Shown in pieces: positions 62,654 to 64,000 of a DNA stretch of 64,000 nucleotides (its first letter is position 1; every line of letters starts with the position of its first letter). The translations under genes and the position numbers were made by a program. The DNA comes from Heterodontus francisci (lineage: Eukaryota), in NCBI RefSeq assembly GCF_036365525.1, contig NC_090399.1, positions 67,078,862 through 67,142,861 on the forward strand, written 5' to 3'. The notes under the pieces were generated by a model. It saw nothing but the letters and a program-made list of their open reading frames with translations, did not search any database and was not told the DNA's origin.

Positions 62654-64000
62654 ATAGAACATAGAACATAGAACATACAGCACAGAACAGGCCCTTCGGC
62701 CCACAATGTTGTGCCGATCCTTTGTCCTCTGTCAAGGACAATTTAATCTATACCCCATCATTCTCCTTTATCCATATACCTATCCAAAAGCCTTTTGAAA
62801 GTCCCTAAAGTTTCTGACTCAACAACTTCCCCGGGCAAGGCATTCCATGCCTCGACCACTCTCTGGGTAAAGAACCTTCCCCTGACATCCCCCTTATATC
62901 TCCCACCCTTCACCTTAAATTTATGACCCCTTGTAACGCTTTGCTCCACCCGGGGAAAAAGTTTCTGACTGTCTACCCTATCTATTCCCCTGATCATCTT
63001 ATAAACCTCTATCATGTCACCCCTCATCCTTCTCCGTTCTAATGAGAAGAGGCCTAGAATGTTCAGCCTTTCCTCGTAAGACTTATTCTCCATTCCAGGC
63101 AACATCCTGGTAAATCTCCTCTGCACCCTCTCCAAGGCTTCCACATCCTTCCTAAAATGAGGCGACCAGAACTGCACACAGTACTCCAAATGAGGCCTTA
63201 CCAAGGTCCTGTACAGCTGCATCATCACCTCACGGCTCTTAAATTCAATCCCTCTGCTAATGAACGCTAACACCCCATATGCCTTCTTCACAGCCCTATC
63301 CACTTGAGTTGCAACTTTCAATGATCTATGCACATAGACCCCAAGGTCTCTCTGCTCCTCCACATGCCCAAGAACCCTACCGTTAACCCAGTATTTTGCA
63401 TTCATGTTTGTCCTTCCAAAATGGACGACCTCACACTTTTCAGGGTTAAACTCCATCTGCCACTTTTCAGCCCAGCACTGCAACCTATCCAAGTCCCTTT
63501 GCAGACGACAATAGCCCTCCTCGGTATCCACAACTCCACCAACCTTTGTATCATCTGCAAATTTACTGACCCACCCTTCGACTTCCTCATCCAAGTCGTT
63601 AATAAAAATCACAAACAGGAGAGGACCCAGAACTGATCCCTGCGGCACGCCACTGGTAACTGGGCTCCAGGCTGAGTATTTACCATCTAAGACCACTCTC
63701 TGCCTTCTATCAGTTAGCCAATTCTTAATCCAACTGGCCACATTCCCCACTATCCCATGCCTCCTGACTTTCTCCATAAGTCTACCATGGGGGACCTTAT
63801 CAAATGCCTTACTAAAATCCATGTACACCACATCCACTGGTTTACCCTCATCCACTTGCTTGGTCACCTGCTCAAAGAATTCAATCAGGCTTGTGAGGCA
63901 AGACCTACCCCTCACAAAACCGTGCTGACTGTCCCGAATCAAGCAGTGTCTTTCCAGATGCTCAGAAATCCTATCCCTCAGCACCTTTTCCATCAACTTG
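62654..64000 (-). mobile_element. Duplicate of the CR1 at 53740 (cut by the window end)
   Basis: Same junction and the same translated protein, offset 8914 bp. Confidence 0.96.

Larger units (their letters stand above)
48622..64000. repeat. 69-bp satellite array (CCTCGATTAGATTCCAGTCTGTAACTCACTCCCGGGTATCTGTTATTCTATATATAAACCACCCGAGCC) with embedded elements
   Basis: More than 150 tandem monomers with a 23-codon period; degenerate left edge; interrupted by CR1 and a palindromic element. Confidence 0.97.

Overview
Repeat-dominated vertebrate DNA, most likely from a cartilaginous fish (inferred from the V-SINE/HE1-like, CR1, DeuSINE, Harbinger and Penelope-like repeat repertoire). 1-23986 is a giant C/T-rich (TCC/TTC-like) tract with higher-order duplications: a ~3.32-kb unit carrying a tRNA-derived V-SINE and a CR1 3' fragment, and a ~5.3-kb unit. 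The tract begins right at the C-terminal end of a decayed Harbinger transposase (23987-~26160, minus), which is split by a CR1. 26908-40240 holds two decayed full-length L1/Tx1-clade retrotransposons in head-to-tail tandem. Their satellite-facing junctions fall at the same AACCCC(C)G^T position of a ~70-bp minisatellite, and each carries an extra copy of the element head after its 3' poly(A). About 450 bp beyond the array is the first coding exon of a PP1 inhibitor-1 (PPP1R1A-like) gene. Next come nested LINE/MITE fragments, a 33-bp DeuSINE-derived minisatellite, and a 69-bp satellite with an ~8.67-kb higher-order duplication that includes a young CR1 and a later palindromic Penelope-like insertion. 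Most long ORFs in the track are low-complexity artefacts. Coordinates were read by eye; family names come from recalled motifs, not database searches.
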